DNA of 63,766 nt, the filler included, from Octopus bimaculoides (Eukaryota), in NCBI RefSeq assembly GCF_001194135.2. It is 7 parts of 7 records of this genome, joined end to end, with 100 filler letters (N's around TTAATTAATTAA, not from the genome) between each part and the next. Parts side by side here need not be neighbours in the genome. Positions count along the whole stretch, not along the records: positions 14,741 to 34,749 come from NC_068990.1; positions 34,850 to 42,335 come from NC_068985.1; 5 more parts are not named here. The stretch is one strand, 5' to 3'. Positions 23,770-37,615 of the stretch are shown here, piece by piece. The position numbers and the translations under genes are program-made. The notes beneath the pieces were generated by a model that saw only the letters and a program-made list of their open reading frames with translations, was not told where the DNA came from and ran no database searches. Each line of letters starts with the position of its first letter. The first letter of the stretch is position 1.

Positions 23770-23985
23770 TTGCGTGTCTGTGTTTGTCCCCCAACATCGT
23801 TTGACAACCGATGCTGGTGTGTTTACGTCCCCGTAACTTAGCGGTTCGGCAAAACAGACCGATAGAATAAGTACTAGGCTTACAAAGAATAAGTTCTGGG
23901 GTCGATTTGTTCGACTAAAGGCGGTGCTCCAGCATGGCCACAGTCAAATGACTGAAACAAGTAAAAGAGTAAAAGAGTATATATA
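23716..23985 (+). mobile_element. SINE family B 3' half (head in gap)
   Basis: Near-identical to 18100-18297. Confidence 0.85.
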
Positions 23986-24899
23986 TATATATATCATACC
24001 TTCCCAAACTGGGAGATTTCAACATACCGGTGGGCAATGGGCGAATTTCTAGAAAATGATTGATTTGAGCTTTTGGTGGGCGATATGAGCATTTTGTGGG
24101 GGACAATGAAATTTTAGAAATTAAGTCAGCATTTACTGATATCTAGATATGCTTAGAATAAGGATGCACTTTTATCGATCTGACTACTCGCATTGTATTA
24201 AAAAACGGACTTGTTTACCGATCGAATGTTTTTGTCGCTGTCACTGAGATGGTCATCGTGCATGCTAAAAATAGCAGCGAAACAGGCCTAGGCCTTAAAT
24301 CACACTCCATTACAAATCTCTTTTTTGCATAATCGTATGAAGTCCCGCGTATAGAATTCAAATCCGCAAAAATTTTCTGAAAACTCCTAAAAATAAAAAA
24401 AGTTATGAGAGGTTATATGTCATGCGTAATTCTGTGGTTTCATATTAAAATACAAGTGCTATTTTCAGGATGTTGACAAAATGTGCAATCACGCACAAAA
24501 TGACAGCTTTGTATTCGTGTTTCTTGACTGGGTGAAAACGATCAAACTTTAAACCTCTATAACTTTTCAAAAACATTTTTCTGGAAAAGCTGAATTACTC
24601 TAGCAATTTAGCTTGGAAAGATGCCAAATTCTAAAATTTTCGATAAACTTTAATTTTTGAAATGCTGGCAGCCAAACAAAATAGATCCGTATTTGCTCCA
24701 GTAAAGATGTGTTATCTGACTCTGTTCTATTGACTTCTTCTCTTTGAGAATACCATTCTCCCTTTCTGACGCTGTTTCTAGAAATTCATTTTCACATTTT
24801 CGCCTCCGGTCAAGAAAATTTGTCAACAGTACGGTAGTTATTGCACGGAAAGTTATTGCAAGGAAACAGAAACACTTTCATTTATCGTTTAGATTTATT

Positions 24900-26574
24900 C
24901 TCTCTCCTCAGAACTCTCAGTTACCAATGTTCCTTCTTTGCCATCAAACATTGACCCGAAGCAATGAAACCTTCACGCTTGAAGTATCACTTTGATGCAA
25001 AGCATTCTGACAAGAACAAGCCATTATCATACTTTTTGCAACTGAGATCCTCTTTCAAAAAGCAAATACAAACATTCAACACGCTACTCCAGGAAACTAG
25101 TAAACAGGAGAATGACTGGTTTATTGCATCGTACAACATTGCATTGTTTGTTGCTAAGTCTGGGAAGTCTCACAATTGGAGAAACATTACTACGCCCAGT
25201 TATCGAAGAGTTTTTGTCAACCGTTATGCACGAAAAACCCGATAACATTATGAAGAAGATCCCACTTAGTAATAACACAATTTCTTGACACATCTTTGAA
25301 ATAGTCAACGATGTCAAACATCAGCTCATTAATATTCTACACCGTTCTGAGTTTTCTATACAAGTGAATGAGTCAACTGTTGTGGGCAATCAATATTTGA
25401 TGATGGTATGTGTTCGGTATTTCAACGAATACCTTCAACCTTGTAAGGAAATGCTGTTCGCAGACAAATTGCCGCTTGATTCAAAAGGTGCAACTATTTT
25501 TCATGCTCTCAAGTCTTTCCTTTTTGAACATAATATCCTCCTCAGTAATATTCTTGCCTGTGCGTCTGATGGAACCCCTTCGATGATAGGAAGATACAGA
25601 GGTTTTTCATCTCTCCTAAAGCATGAAATTTCCCACCAGACACTAACTGTTCATTGCTTGGTACACGGGCAGCATTTAGTGGCAAAAAATATGAACAGTA
25701 GATTGAATAATGCACTACAGTTAGTTATCAAGAATGTAAACAAATTGAAGTCCAGTCCCTTGTTTGATTGAATTTTCTATCAACTCTGTCTGAGAAATGA
25801 TGAGGACCATACTAAACTCTTATAACATATCGAAGTACCGAAGTGCGGTGGCTGTCAAAAGGAAACTGCGTTTTACGCTTTTTTGATGATACTCCACTAT
25901 CCACTTCGCTGATGGCTGCAAAGTGTGATACCTTTTTTCTTTTTGATATATTCACAAAATTAAATAATTTGAATAAGTGATTGCAAGGAAACAGAAACAC
26001 TCTTATTGATTGTAAATCCTTTATCACTGCCGTCATTTCGAAATTGGGTGTTGTATAAGACTAACATTTCAAAACGTCAATTCCATAAATTTCCACAACT
26101 TGATTCTTTGAAAGATGAATTGGTTGATGAGGATTTAACTACATATCGCAACTATTTGCAATCATTGCACAATGACATGGTGGAGTGATTTCAAGATGTT
26201 ATTACGCTGGATATTCCAAATTGGTATAGCAGTCCGTTTGAGGTCGATGCAGTCGATTGCGAGGATGATGTCCAGGAAGAATTGATAGAATGACAAAATG
26301 ACAATGATGCCGCAATGTGATATCACCGCAATGGCAAAGAAGGTGTATATTGAATTCCTACCGTAGTCTGTGGAAACATCTGAAATTACTTTTACTTGCT
26401 TTCCCTACCTCATACCTTGTTGAATCTGGTTTTAAACATGTTGGAACTTTATTTTCCCATAAAAGAATTGGAGTGGATGTGATACAACGAGGAGACTTGC
26501 GGCTAAAGTTGACAAGTTTGAAACCGAATATATCTGCACTAGTTGCATCGCACCAGACACATGGTTCTCATTAA
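24900..26574 (+). pseudogene. Buster/SPIN-like hAT transposase, multiple frameshifts and stops
   Basis: MKPSRLKYHFDAKH (BED finger end), IPLSNNTI, FSIQVNEST, SDGTPSMIG, VHCLVHGQHL, AFPTSYLVESGF, GDLRLKLTSLKPNI..HQTHGSH*. Confidence 0.92.
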
Positions 26575-27227
26575 AAAGTTTTATTCTTTTCCTTTATAAT
26601 ACAATTGTAGTGAAACTACCTATCGTCACTAGATACAAAACTGCTATCGCCATTCTTCTCGTTTAAATATAAACAAACGCGAGCGTAGCAGAGAACCCAT
26701 TCCTTGTCATCACGTGACTGATTATTATTCGAAGCGGCAACTTCTTCGAACCGTTCTCGCCAGAACGCAAACTGACCAATCACGGCCCCTAATAAGGTCA
26801 CGTGATAGAGTATTTTTCTGAAGCATTCTGGAGCCGATAGTTTGTTATNNNNNNNNNNNNNNNNNNNNNNNNNNNNNNNNNNNNNNNNNNNNNNNNNNNN
26901 NNNNNNNNNNNNNNNNNNNNNNNNNNNNNNNNNNNNNNNNNNNNNNNNNNNNNNNNNNNNNNNNNNNNNNNNNNNNNNNNNNNNNNNNNNNNNNNNNNNN
27001 NNNNNNNNNNNNNNNNNNNNNNNNNNNNNNNNNNNNNNNNNNNNNNNNNNNNNNNNNNNNNNNNNNNNNNNNNNNNNNNNNNNNNNNNNNNNNNNNNNNN
27101 NNNNNNNNNNNNNNNNNNNNNNNNNNNNNNNNNNNNNNNNNNNNNNNNNNNNNNNNNNNNNNNNNNNNNNNNNNNNNNNNNNNNNNNNNNNNNNNNNNNN
27201 NNNNNNNNNNNNNNNNNNNNNNNNNNC

Positions 27228-27864
27228 TGTTAGGTGACTTAGCTTCACCACGATAATAAACAGACAAGAGAATTTCAGCCTGCGATAAACGTCTGTCCTC
27301 AAGGCTCTGGCATCGAAGCCAAAACACAACTAGTGATAAGCTCTACCAAACGACGAACGACGAACATCTGTATAACAAGAATCACGGCCCGGCATGGATG
27401 CCACGACATCACAACTAGTGATCAGCCCTGCCACACACAGCCTCAACTCACTTCTTTCACATACAGACTCATACTATTGTGTACTAAAGAACTGGTATAA
27501 TTGCTCACGTGTTATTGACTCTCTTTCCATCTGCTGTAATAACTCACATACACATACATGTATCACTCATATACATATTTTTCTTTGTACGACGGCCTGT
27601 CTTTGATTATGTTCTTATATGTCGCATTCACACTCTCACATACACATACACTTTAACGCTAAAATAAATATTTCTGTTATTCATCTAATACGGTTGTGGT
27701 CTTTCATTACTGGTCAACTATGTTATCGTAGTATAACATTCATGTATATCATCATTTGATATATATTTTGTGTTCGACCGTGTGACTCGATTAAATAAAA
27801 GGAGTCCTCTGTTTTTCCATTCGTCACCATTTCTCCTTGTATGAGTCGCACGGTCGTCCTTACA
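27228..27864 (+). mobile_element. Putative solo LTR nested in the hAT element
   Basis: TGTTAGG...CCTTACA termini (6/7 inverted match), AATAAA at ~27795; right flank CAATC whose last base matches the single visible left-flank base. Confidence 0.5.
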
Positions 27865-28968
27865 CAATCATTAATTACTTTTGCAGTGGTAGTTCTGATC
27901 AATAGTTCATTTGGAGAAAATGAAAATTAGTGTAAAAGAAAGCGCAAGTTACCAGAAGTTAATATGTCTGCATAATATAGGGTTAACGTTAGAATTTTAT
28001 TCACACTAATGGCAAAACTAAACCAACAATAAGGGGTTTGTAAACAACCGCATATTTAGTCTAAGCTTCACTAACAGAGCAAAAAGTCTACGATATAGTG
28101 TGTGTGTCAAATGATAGAAGGGCGGGGCGTCCTATGGGATTTGTGTTGGGGTGTCATGGGGGGGTTTACACAGGTAGGCGATGGAGCATTTTTTGGTTGA
28201 TAGGTGGGCAATATTGCAATTTGGCGCAAAAAGTTTGAGAAACACTGATATATATGATTATATATATATAAAGATTGAATAAAAACACAATAGAGGACAA
28301 TAAAACATTCTGACAGATAGACGATACAAAGACGGACAGGAAAAACAACAGTAAGAAAGACAGGCAAAATAAGTTGGGTCAATTGTGGCCTTCTTTCCTC
28401 AGTCAAGTTACCAGAAGTCTTTACAGTTTCGGGCAGCTACACTTGAGACAGTTCGATCTGGTTGCCTCCCCCCCCCCAAAAAAAAGTCTAACCTAAGAGC
28501 ATTAGATTTTTTTGTGAGAAAGCTAGCGAATGTGTACGGCAACAAGACCAGAAACGGAGAACATGGTTCACAGTTACAAATACAAACAACAAGAAAATAA
28601 CAACAGGTGTCCTTCGACTGAGAACGAATCAAATAGAGCTGGTGTGTATGAAGTGAAAGCCTAAAGGCAGGAACATAGGAGATGGACATAAGAGGTGTTG
28701 ACGGTCGGCAGTCAGGTCAAGAAAGAAAGATCATGGCTGGCCGGATATCGGTCACGTGGAAGGAGGAGAGAGGGGTATGGGCAGTGGAATTGAAGGATTA
28801 GAAAAAAATCAGAGACAAAGGGAAAGGTACAAAGGAGATAAACGAGGGGGAAAAAGTAGCAGTTAAAGAGAGTGCCAAGAAATGTGTGAGCGAGAGAGAG
28901 GGGTCGAGAAAAAGAAAAGAGAAAGAATGAGGGGGAATAAAAGATAGAGTAAGAGTCGTAAATATATA

Positions 28969-29023
<55 letters not shown>

Positions 29024-29757
29024 ACATATACATACAAACGTACACACATACACACACATACATACTCTCTCTCACACACACACATGTATGTTATGTTATG
29101 TTCTGTTAAGAACGTAGTAGAGTACAGTGTGATGCTCGTCCACCTTCAGATTTCAATCCAGTAGTAGTAGTATTATAGTCACTGCCAGATTTACGTTGGG
29201 GCTTTTGCAGTGTATGAATAGATAACTGAATAAGTTGGAGTCAACAAGGAGTACAGTTGGACATTTATTTGTAATCACTACAATTGTTTCCACGCAACAT
29301 AGTTCACCAGGCTTGCAAGTATTTAGCTTTGTAACCGTTTCCCTTTATGAGATCTAGTTGTCTTTCCTCAGGCGATATGTAAATATTATCTCCGTAAACT
29401 CAAATTCTCGGCTTCAAGTGCATCCTATCTGCCTGTCATATATCAAGAGATGTGTTATGGCTGAAAATCTGTTGATAAACTGCTTTGAATGAATGGGTGG
29501 GGTGGGGCGGTGGTTTTGCTATTGAAGTTTATGTTAAAGAGATTGGCATTTGAGTTCCATGTACTGTTGATTTATTCTTCATGGTTGGTTACACTTGCGA
29601 TTGTCTTTGGCTGACCTTCAAGAATTCACCGGTCATTCGGTTGGTTGGCTTACATGTACACATACTTATATTTGTCTATATTTACATTTATACACACTCA
29701 TATGTACAGATACATGCTCACACACACATATATACATCTTTGTACATACTCATGCTC

Positions 29758-29806
<49 letters not shown>

Positions 29807-31702
29807 CAGATACATATATACACTTTCCCTCCACCCAATTTAATTTGTAGGCTTGGATTATCCTGAGACAATAGTAAAAGTTATCCAAGATGTCATGCTG
29901 CGGATTGATACCTGTAACCTCCTACATGCAATATAACCATGACCATTCGGCCAACACATGTTTCTGGACGCAATCGTGAGAAAGCACATTTAATACATTT
30001 AAAATTTATTTAGTAGGAAGCAGCTGATCATTCTTTCCGTTGTCACTGTGATTCTCGTGCAAGCATGACATCTTTCAGGTAGCATAAGGATCTAAATCAT
30101 GGTCCATTTCCGTTTTAGAAATTTGAGAGTGTACACATTGATTATCGTAGACATTCTCTTTCCCATAACAACTGTTGTCCCTCGTGACTTCTGCTATTCT
30201 TTTTACTTATTCTGTTATTCTCTACTTTTATGCAGCACTACAAATAAATATATTTCAATCTCTCTCTCCTTTCTTTTCTCGCATAAAAATAATTTATTTC
30301 AATTTGTAAACCTTTGTCATTTATTCACACAAACCATTATTAGTCACCCCGAGTGTGTGACTAATACGCACATTATCACCAATGTGTGTATGAGTGTGAG
30401 AGAGAGCCAGATGTATGTGTCTCTGTGTGCAGTATGAACGTGGCACTGTATGTGAGTGTGTGTTGTTATGTGTATTTGTGTGTATCTGTAGATCTGTGTA
30501 ATGGTTAAAATAATTCATTGCAATAAAGACAATAAAGAGAGGTAACTTAAGAAAAACTTAACCAATAGATCAAAAGAGATCGATTAAGTAAATATCAGTC
30601 TGGTCATTGCTGTAATTTCTAAGCACATGTATAGACCGACCTCTCATATAACCATGCTCCAGACAGTAAAGGAATAAAAAAGGTAAACATAAAGACATGC
30701 TAATATATAAACAGTTATGTTTTTAAATATATTCACATACATACACAATAATATGAACTACTTACACGCACTTAAGCACATATATCCACTCCTTTATTTA
30801 TTGACTAACAATGTAAACTATGTATTGTTTCGTCGTATAAAATGGGTTGGTTAATACGATTTTGTCCAGGAATCACGTTTCCAAATTTTAATTTCACCCC
30901 ATCTCCACCGCAATTTCTTAATTTGTAACTTTTTGGATTTTTTTTTTTTATCTACGTAGAAAAATACAGAGAATATGAATCTGGAAATATATATATTTTC
31001 TCTTATAGTTTAATTTTTCATAAAGAAACACTCAATGCCCCTTCCCCACTTCACCCACCTATCGTCTACCAGCTTTCAAAAAGCTAAAATCTCCCAATCT
31101 TTCACTTTTGTCTGATGTTTCCTGCATGCGTAGAATTCTACTGAAATAGCAAACTTAAAAAATACCAGACCACCACCAAGAAAACCCTACATGCTAGAAA
31201 CAACAGGTAAACGATATTATTTCTAAAGAAACTTCCCCGCTTTCCAAAAAGCTAAAAGTGAAACATTGGGAGTGTGTAACTTTTTAAAAGTGGTGAAGTG
31301 ATGGGTAAAATTGCTAAAGGTTCGTACTCTCTGTTTTTTTCAATGGATGACCAAGACAAATATTTGAAAAAAGTAAAAAATGAATTTGGCGTGGAGAGGG
31401 AGAAAATTAAAATATTGAGAACGTGTTTTGTGGGTGAAATCCTAAACCCCTTTATCGCAAACATAGGAATCGGATGAAAATTAGGAAAAAAACATGGTGG
31501 GGTGGAGATGTCACCTCGGACATACTAGAAAGAAGAGGTAAAAGACAAGATTTCTAGGAAAATTTCCTTTTAAGTTTATATCGAAGATCAGGTTTTTAAA
31601 TACGCTCATCACAAACACAAATTACACAGTAATCGGATTTGAGCAGTAAATTTGCGCGTACACACAGCAAAAATCAACATAATTCGTACAGAAGTTTTGC
31701 CT

Positions 31703-31748
<46 letters not shown>

Positions 31749-32140
31749 TGAAAGGAAGTTATTTTATGGCATTCTTTCGTTTGAAGAAGCAAAGTTGTCA
31801 AATCGACATATATGGGATCAAATGATTGTTAGGTAATTTCTGTAAATTTTTTTACTTTATTCATACTTTGAAGAGAGCAGAAATTGAAAGAGGAGAAAGT
31901 GAAGGATGTATGTACGTGTATATGAAATGGACGTATGTGTGTGTGTGTGTGTGACAGAGAGAGAGAGAGAGAAAAAGAGTGAGTGAGTGAGTGAGTGAGT
32001 GAGTGAGTGAGTGAGTGAGTGGGTGAGTGAGTGAGTGTGTGTTGTGATGTATGAATTTTCTTGCATGTATGTGTAAATGGCACTCACTCGCGCTCTCTCT
32101 CAAATTATCTTTCAGATACACGTACATAAATAGGCGGAGA

Positions 32141-32227
32141 TAAAGAATATGCACAGCACCCGTTTCCAACCTAACCGTACCCTAAACCTAAACTCTAACC
32201 CAAAACACCGGGTGTGCGTATTCTTTA
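32141..32227. repeat. Small hairpin element with telomere-like CCTAAC/CCTAAA core
   Basis: TAAAGAATATGCAC(AG)CACCCG ... CCGGGTGTGCGTATTCTTTA inverted arms. Confidence 0.6.
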
Positions 32228-32623
32228 CCTTCATCCATAAATACACATGTATACGTCTTGTTTGTGCGCACGTTTGTGTGTATGTGTGTGTGTGTGTGTT
32301 TGAGTGTGACTGTATTTCATTATAACATATAGAGAAATGGATATCTTTTAATGCAATTATTTTTGGTTGTGGCTTATTTTAATGCAATATTTATGTGTAC
32401 ATTTTCATAAATGTTTGTCTGAGTAGAATTCTACGCGTGCGTGAAACTTCGGACGAAAGTAAAATGTTAGAAGCAAATCGAAATATTGTCCGAAAATGAC
32501 CTCAAAATTATGCGACCCAGCCTAGTTTCCGAAGTTATTTTAGTTGGAAAAAATAGTTGTTGTTCCAAAACATAGTTTATTTGGTAGATAGATAATAAGC
32601 AGCTTTCTTTATTATAATACAGA

Positions 32624-32985
32624 TGTGATTAATTCGGAGAAACATTACTTTCATTATTCACACATCGTCACTCACGTGGTTCAAATTGGAAGTGTGAAAC
32701 TGTTGTGTCGACGCTCCCAGGCGAAGAAGTAGGATCTCCCAAGACATATAAATAGAGGTAGTCTGGCCGTGGTAGATGCTAAGTAGCAGTCGAGTAGCAG
32801 TTGTGTAGCGGTTGAGTAGAGATCATCCGAAGGTGTTAGATAGCAGTAACTTGAGACATAACAGACACTATCTTCACTTTCTAATGAAATCTGGTCGTTG
32901 TAGAGAAGTGTATTTGAAATAACTATTAGCTGGTCGTTGAGATAACGTAAAAAAATATGTAAATGAAAATAAAGTTTATTTGACA
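32624..32985 (+). mobile_element. Possible solo LTR
   Basis: TATAAATAG box, AATAAA, ends TTTATTTGACA; no TSD found. Confidence 0.3.
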
Positions 32986-33430
32986 TGTGTGATTGATTGT
33001 TCTGGTCTTAACATCAGTTGGTAAGAATAGAAGTCATTTGACGAAAATTTTTTGTTTGTACTTGGCTCTCCTGTGGCAGGTTCAATCCGTAGAATATTGA
33101 AATGATACCCATCTTGTCCATTCTACAGAATCAGAATGAGAGGATAGTGGAGAGCATCATAAGAAGGCTGAGTCTGTGAAACACGTTTAAGGTTGTTATT
33201 TTCGAATGAGAATATCATGATTTTCATTAGGATCACCAACCATAAGGATGGCTACTTCATTAGATGTGGTATCATTAAAACAGCGTAAATGTTCTTTACT
33301 ATAGTTTCCTATAGACGTTACGAACGCAGAAACACACACACACTAACAGACATATTCACACTCATAGAATTGATAATATTGAAAACAGCAAAACGTACAT
33401 ATATGAAGTTCAAGCGAAGCGAAACGTAGT

Positions 33431-33617
33431 CAATGTAGGTGCAAAACATACTTTCTGTAGCATAATTATGTATAAAAAACGGAAAGTCGCTAATTTAGCA
33501 AAAGGTCATTAAATGTAATCAATATAGGTGCAAAATATACTTTCTGTAGCATAGTTATGCTTTAAAAAGTGGAAAGTCACCAATTTAGCAAAAGTTACTA
33601 TGCGTCACCAATGTAAC
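33431..33617. repeat. 89-bp tandem repeat, ~2.1 copies
   Basis: CAAT(G/A)TAGGTGCAAAA unit starts at 33431 and 33520; partial third start at 33609. Confidence 0.8.
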
Positions 33618-34236
33618 AAAGTACAGAATGTTATAAAATTGACGATTGAGTGAAAGTTGAATTCCAAGAAAATTCAGAAGGCATAATTCAATTTTTCATA
33701 CAAAAATAATCTATTTTACAATTTTGAAACGAATGCTGAACCAAGTGTATAGAAAGGAATATGCTGCTGTTGTGAACGTTAATTTAAAACATTTTCTCAA
33801 GGATTTATATAGCAAGACATTTGACATAACTATATATTTTTTAACTCTGTAACGTTATAGGCTGTAGAATAAGTACTAACTAACGTAGTAAAAAGGTTGT
33901 GTGGTGTTGATACTCACAGTGATGAAAAAGATAGCACGAATACGATAAGGAGTATTAAAAAAGCATTATCTTCAAACTGATTAGAAGGCGTGGAATAATA
34001 TTTCTGTGATTATATTGAAAGAGCCACTGAGGCTTTCTACTACGCCAAGTTTCCGAATTTGTTATAATAACCAGAATAACATTTTTTCAGATATATTTGC
34101 AAGTATTGTAAGTGCTGTTAAATCAGCCAAATCTTCATGCTGGTAGTACTTCAATGTGAACACCGTTGTTCGTTAAAAGTCCTGGCCACAACTAAACTGT
34201 TTCAAAATCGGTGCGTTTCACTGTTGGGTGGGGTTA

Positions 34237-34313
<77 letters not shown>

Positions 34314-34700
34314 TATACATTAACGCACACCTCAAGCCTGTCTCTGTCTCTGTCCCTGTGTGTGTCTGTCTCTGTCTTTAGATGTGTGTGTGTCAGTCGT
34401 CACAAAAATGTATGCATACTGACAGACAGGTACACCGTCACACATATATTTGTCAGTCATCGGCCTAACGTAGGTAACGAACGCGCGAAGACACTCATAT
34501 AGAAAAAGTGATGACGTTGTAGTGGTGGTATAAAATATCGTTTACGATAGGTGACTAAAAGAATAATTATAATATTACATTTTTGTAATGCAAATATATG
34601 TATGAAAATATAGCTTAGTTGGTAGCCAAAAGCTTACTGAATCTTTTGATATCCCATACGTCAAAATCGGCATCTTGGTTTTGAAATGTGTAAGGAACAT

Positions 34701-34749
<49 letters not shown>

Positions 34750-34793
34750 NNNNNNNNNNNNNNNNNNNNNNNNNNNNNNNNNNNNNNNNNNNN

Positions 34794-34805
34794 TTAATTA
34801 ATTAA
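34794..34805. other. Artificial scaffold-join spacer
   Basis: N44-TTAATTAATTAA-N44. Confidence 0.95.
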
Positions 34806-35047
34806 NNNNNNNNNNNNNNNNNNNNNNNNNNNNNNNNNNNNNNNNNNNNATATATATGTAACAGAATTTAAACGAAAGCACAATAAAGGAACAAACGGAA
34901 AATACACACAGAAAACAAGACGTTACTAATTCCTCGTCAGTTATCGACCAAAAGACCCTCACAATATACATATACATCGATATGTATGTGCGTGTGTGTG
35001 TTGTATACATATATCTATGTATATAGATATATGTATATATTTGTATG

Positions 35048-35121
<74 letters not shown>

Positions 35122-35228
35122 TGTGTGTGTATGTGTGTTTATTTGTATGTATATATATATATATATGCACGTGTATTGTGTATTTATATATACATAAAAT
35201 TATATGTGCATATTCATATACACACGCG

Positions 35229-35259
<31 letters not shown>

Positions 35260-35633
35260 ACACACATATACACACGCACACATATACGTACATGTTCCGG
35301 CTCCCAACGTTCAGAGTTCAAATCACGAGTGGTCATCTCTACCTTTCGTTATTTCGGAGTCAATACATAAAATACCAATCCCGTTTTGCTGTGGTTTCTT
35401 CTCTTCGTTACTCGCTCTCACTCCCTTTCTGTCCATGTGCCTGTCTCTTTGTCTCCCTCTCTCTCTCTTTCTCTCTCTCTCCCCGTCTCTCTCTCTCTCC
35501 GTCTCTTTCTCTCCCCCTCTCTCATTCTCTTTCTCTCCCTTTCTTTCTCTCCCCTCTCCCTCTCCGTTTATTTATCTTTCTTTCTTCTGGAAGAAATCGA
35601 CTGCGGTCCGATCTGGAGAGGAATAGGCTCCGC

Positions 35634-35716
35634 TTAGTCTAAAAACGTCCAAGTCACATCAGATGTCACGACGGCTCCCCTGGAAGCCATGAAGAAACTG
35701 AGGTCCTTGAGGCAAG
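35634..35716 (-). CDS. Candidate terminal coding exon of an unidentified gene (xCLKDLSFFMASRGAVVTSDVTWTFLD*)
   Basis: Acceptor TATTTATTTACAG on minus strand, non-repetitive GC-richer island; no homology recognised. Confidence 0.2.
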
Positions 35717-35799
35717 CTGTAAATAAATAGCAGTAGGCGAACATGCAACTGGTTTAGAGACATCAAGAGAGAAAGAGGAGAATACACACGCGCGCACGC

Positions 35800-35838
<39 letters not shown>

Positions 35839-36292
35839 TACATAATCTCATGGATAGAGAGAGATGCTAATTAATGCACACATAGTCACATTTATAAACA
35901 TAAAAGATAATACACATACATGATGTGCATGCGTATATGTATTATGTGTGTGTAATAGGCATACACATACACAAAGTATATATGTAAGCTCTCATAAACT
36001 GACATATATTCACATATAAAAATATAACAGATTTACACATACTTCTATGTATGAATAAATGTATTTGTGTGTCTCTAGAGTACATACAATCTTACACACG
36101 AATTCAAAGACAAAAATGAAAACGAATACACATGCATCATCACATACACAAAATATAAACACACAAGCACGCATATACATGCATATACACATTCGTACGT
36201 CCAGTTTATGCGCATATATACAATAACACAGAAGCCCAGTTGCACTCATACACACTCATATATATATATACATACATATATATGTATATATA

Positions 36293-36327
<35 letters not shown>

Positions 36328-37184
36328 NNNNNNNNNNNNNNNNNNNNNNNNNNNNNNNNNNNNNNNNNNNNNNNNNNNNNNNNNNNNNNNNNNNNNNNNN
36401 NNNNNNNNNNNNNNNNNNNNNNNNNNNNNNNNNNNNNNNNNNNNNNNNNNNNNNNNNNNNNNNNNNNNNNNNNNNNNNNNNNNNNNNNNNNNNNNNNNNN
36501 NNNNNNNNNNNNNNNNNNNNNNNNNNNNNNNNNNNNNNNNNNNNNNNNNNNNNNNNNNNNNNNNNNNNNNNNNNNNNNNNNNNNNNNNNNNNNNNNNNNN
36601 NNNNNNNNNNNNNNNNNNNNNNNNNNNNNNNNNNNNNNNNNNNNNNNNNNNNNNNNNNNNNNNNNNNNNNNNNNNNNNNNNNNNNNNNNNNNNNNNNNNN
36701 NNNNNNNNNNNNNNNNNNNNNNNNNNNNNNNNNNNNNNNNNNNNNNNNNNNNNNNNNNNNNNNNNNNNNNNNNNNNNNNNNNNNNNNNNNNNNNNNNNNN
36801 NNNNATATAAGCTATGTATATGCCTGCATCCATACATAATAAATGAGAATGTAATTGAAGAAGGCAATCTGAGCAGCTATCATGTTTATGAGTGTGGGGG
36901 AGGAGGAGATGGAAGCAGTTAACTCGACGAATCCGTGTAATGTTCCCATTTAATTGCCAATAGATTCTATATTGCCATCCGGGCTCCAATTCCAATAATT
37001 TCACAGCAATTCATGCGGCAACAATAGAAGATTTCTTACGCCGCATGTCATATCTTTCAATCTTCGGTTCGGTTCTTCATTGACGTACGACGTATGTTTG
37101 CGTGTAAGCGTGTGTAAGTGTGCGTGCGTGCGCGTGTGTGTTTCTCAGTGTGTGTATGTGCACGCGTGTCTTTGTGTATGCGTG

Positions 37185-37240
<56 letters not shown>

Positions 37241-37344
37241 CAGAAACCAAAAGAGGTAGATGGCTTTTTAGACAGATATACACATGCATATATATCTATA
37301 TACATACAAACATATATGCGCATGTGTGTATGCACACGTTTATA

Positions 37345-37376
<32 letters not shown>

Positions 37377-37524
37377 CATATATATATGTATATATACAAA
37401 GAGAGACAGAGTGAGAGGAAGAGAAAGAGAAGCACGCGTATATATTTAACACTATCTTTGCTAGTTTGTGTGTGTGAGTATGTGTATGGGTGTGTGTATG
37501 TGTGCGTTTGTATCTGTGTGCGTT

Positions 37525-37615
<91 letters not shown>

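Larger units (their letters stand above)
23995..28247 (+). mobile_element. hAT (Buster/Charlie-type) transposon with nested insertions
   Basis: Right TIR AAGTTTGAGAAACACTG (28231-28247); degenerate left end CATACCTTCCCAAACT (11/16 match); ATATATAT on both flanks; shared subterminal GGCGAT..GAGCATTTT motif; transposase remnant inside. Confidence 0.65.

Noticed and set aside
28395-28700. Weak resemblance to the Tx1-like ORF1 at 14741-15313
   Set aside because: Only scattered residue matches across frameshifts
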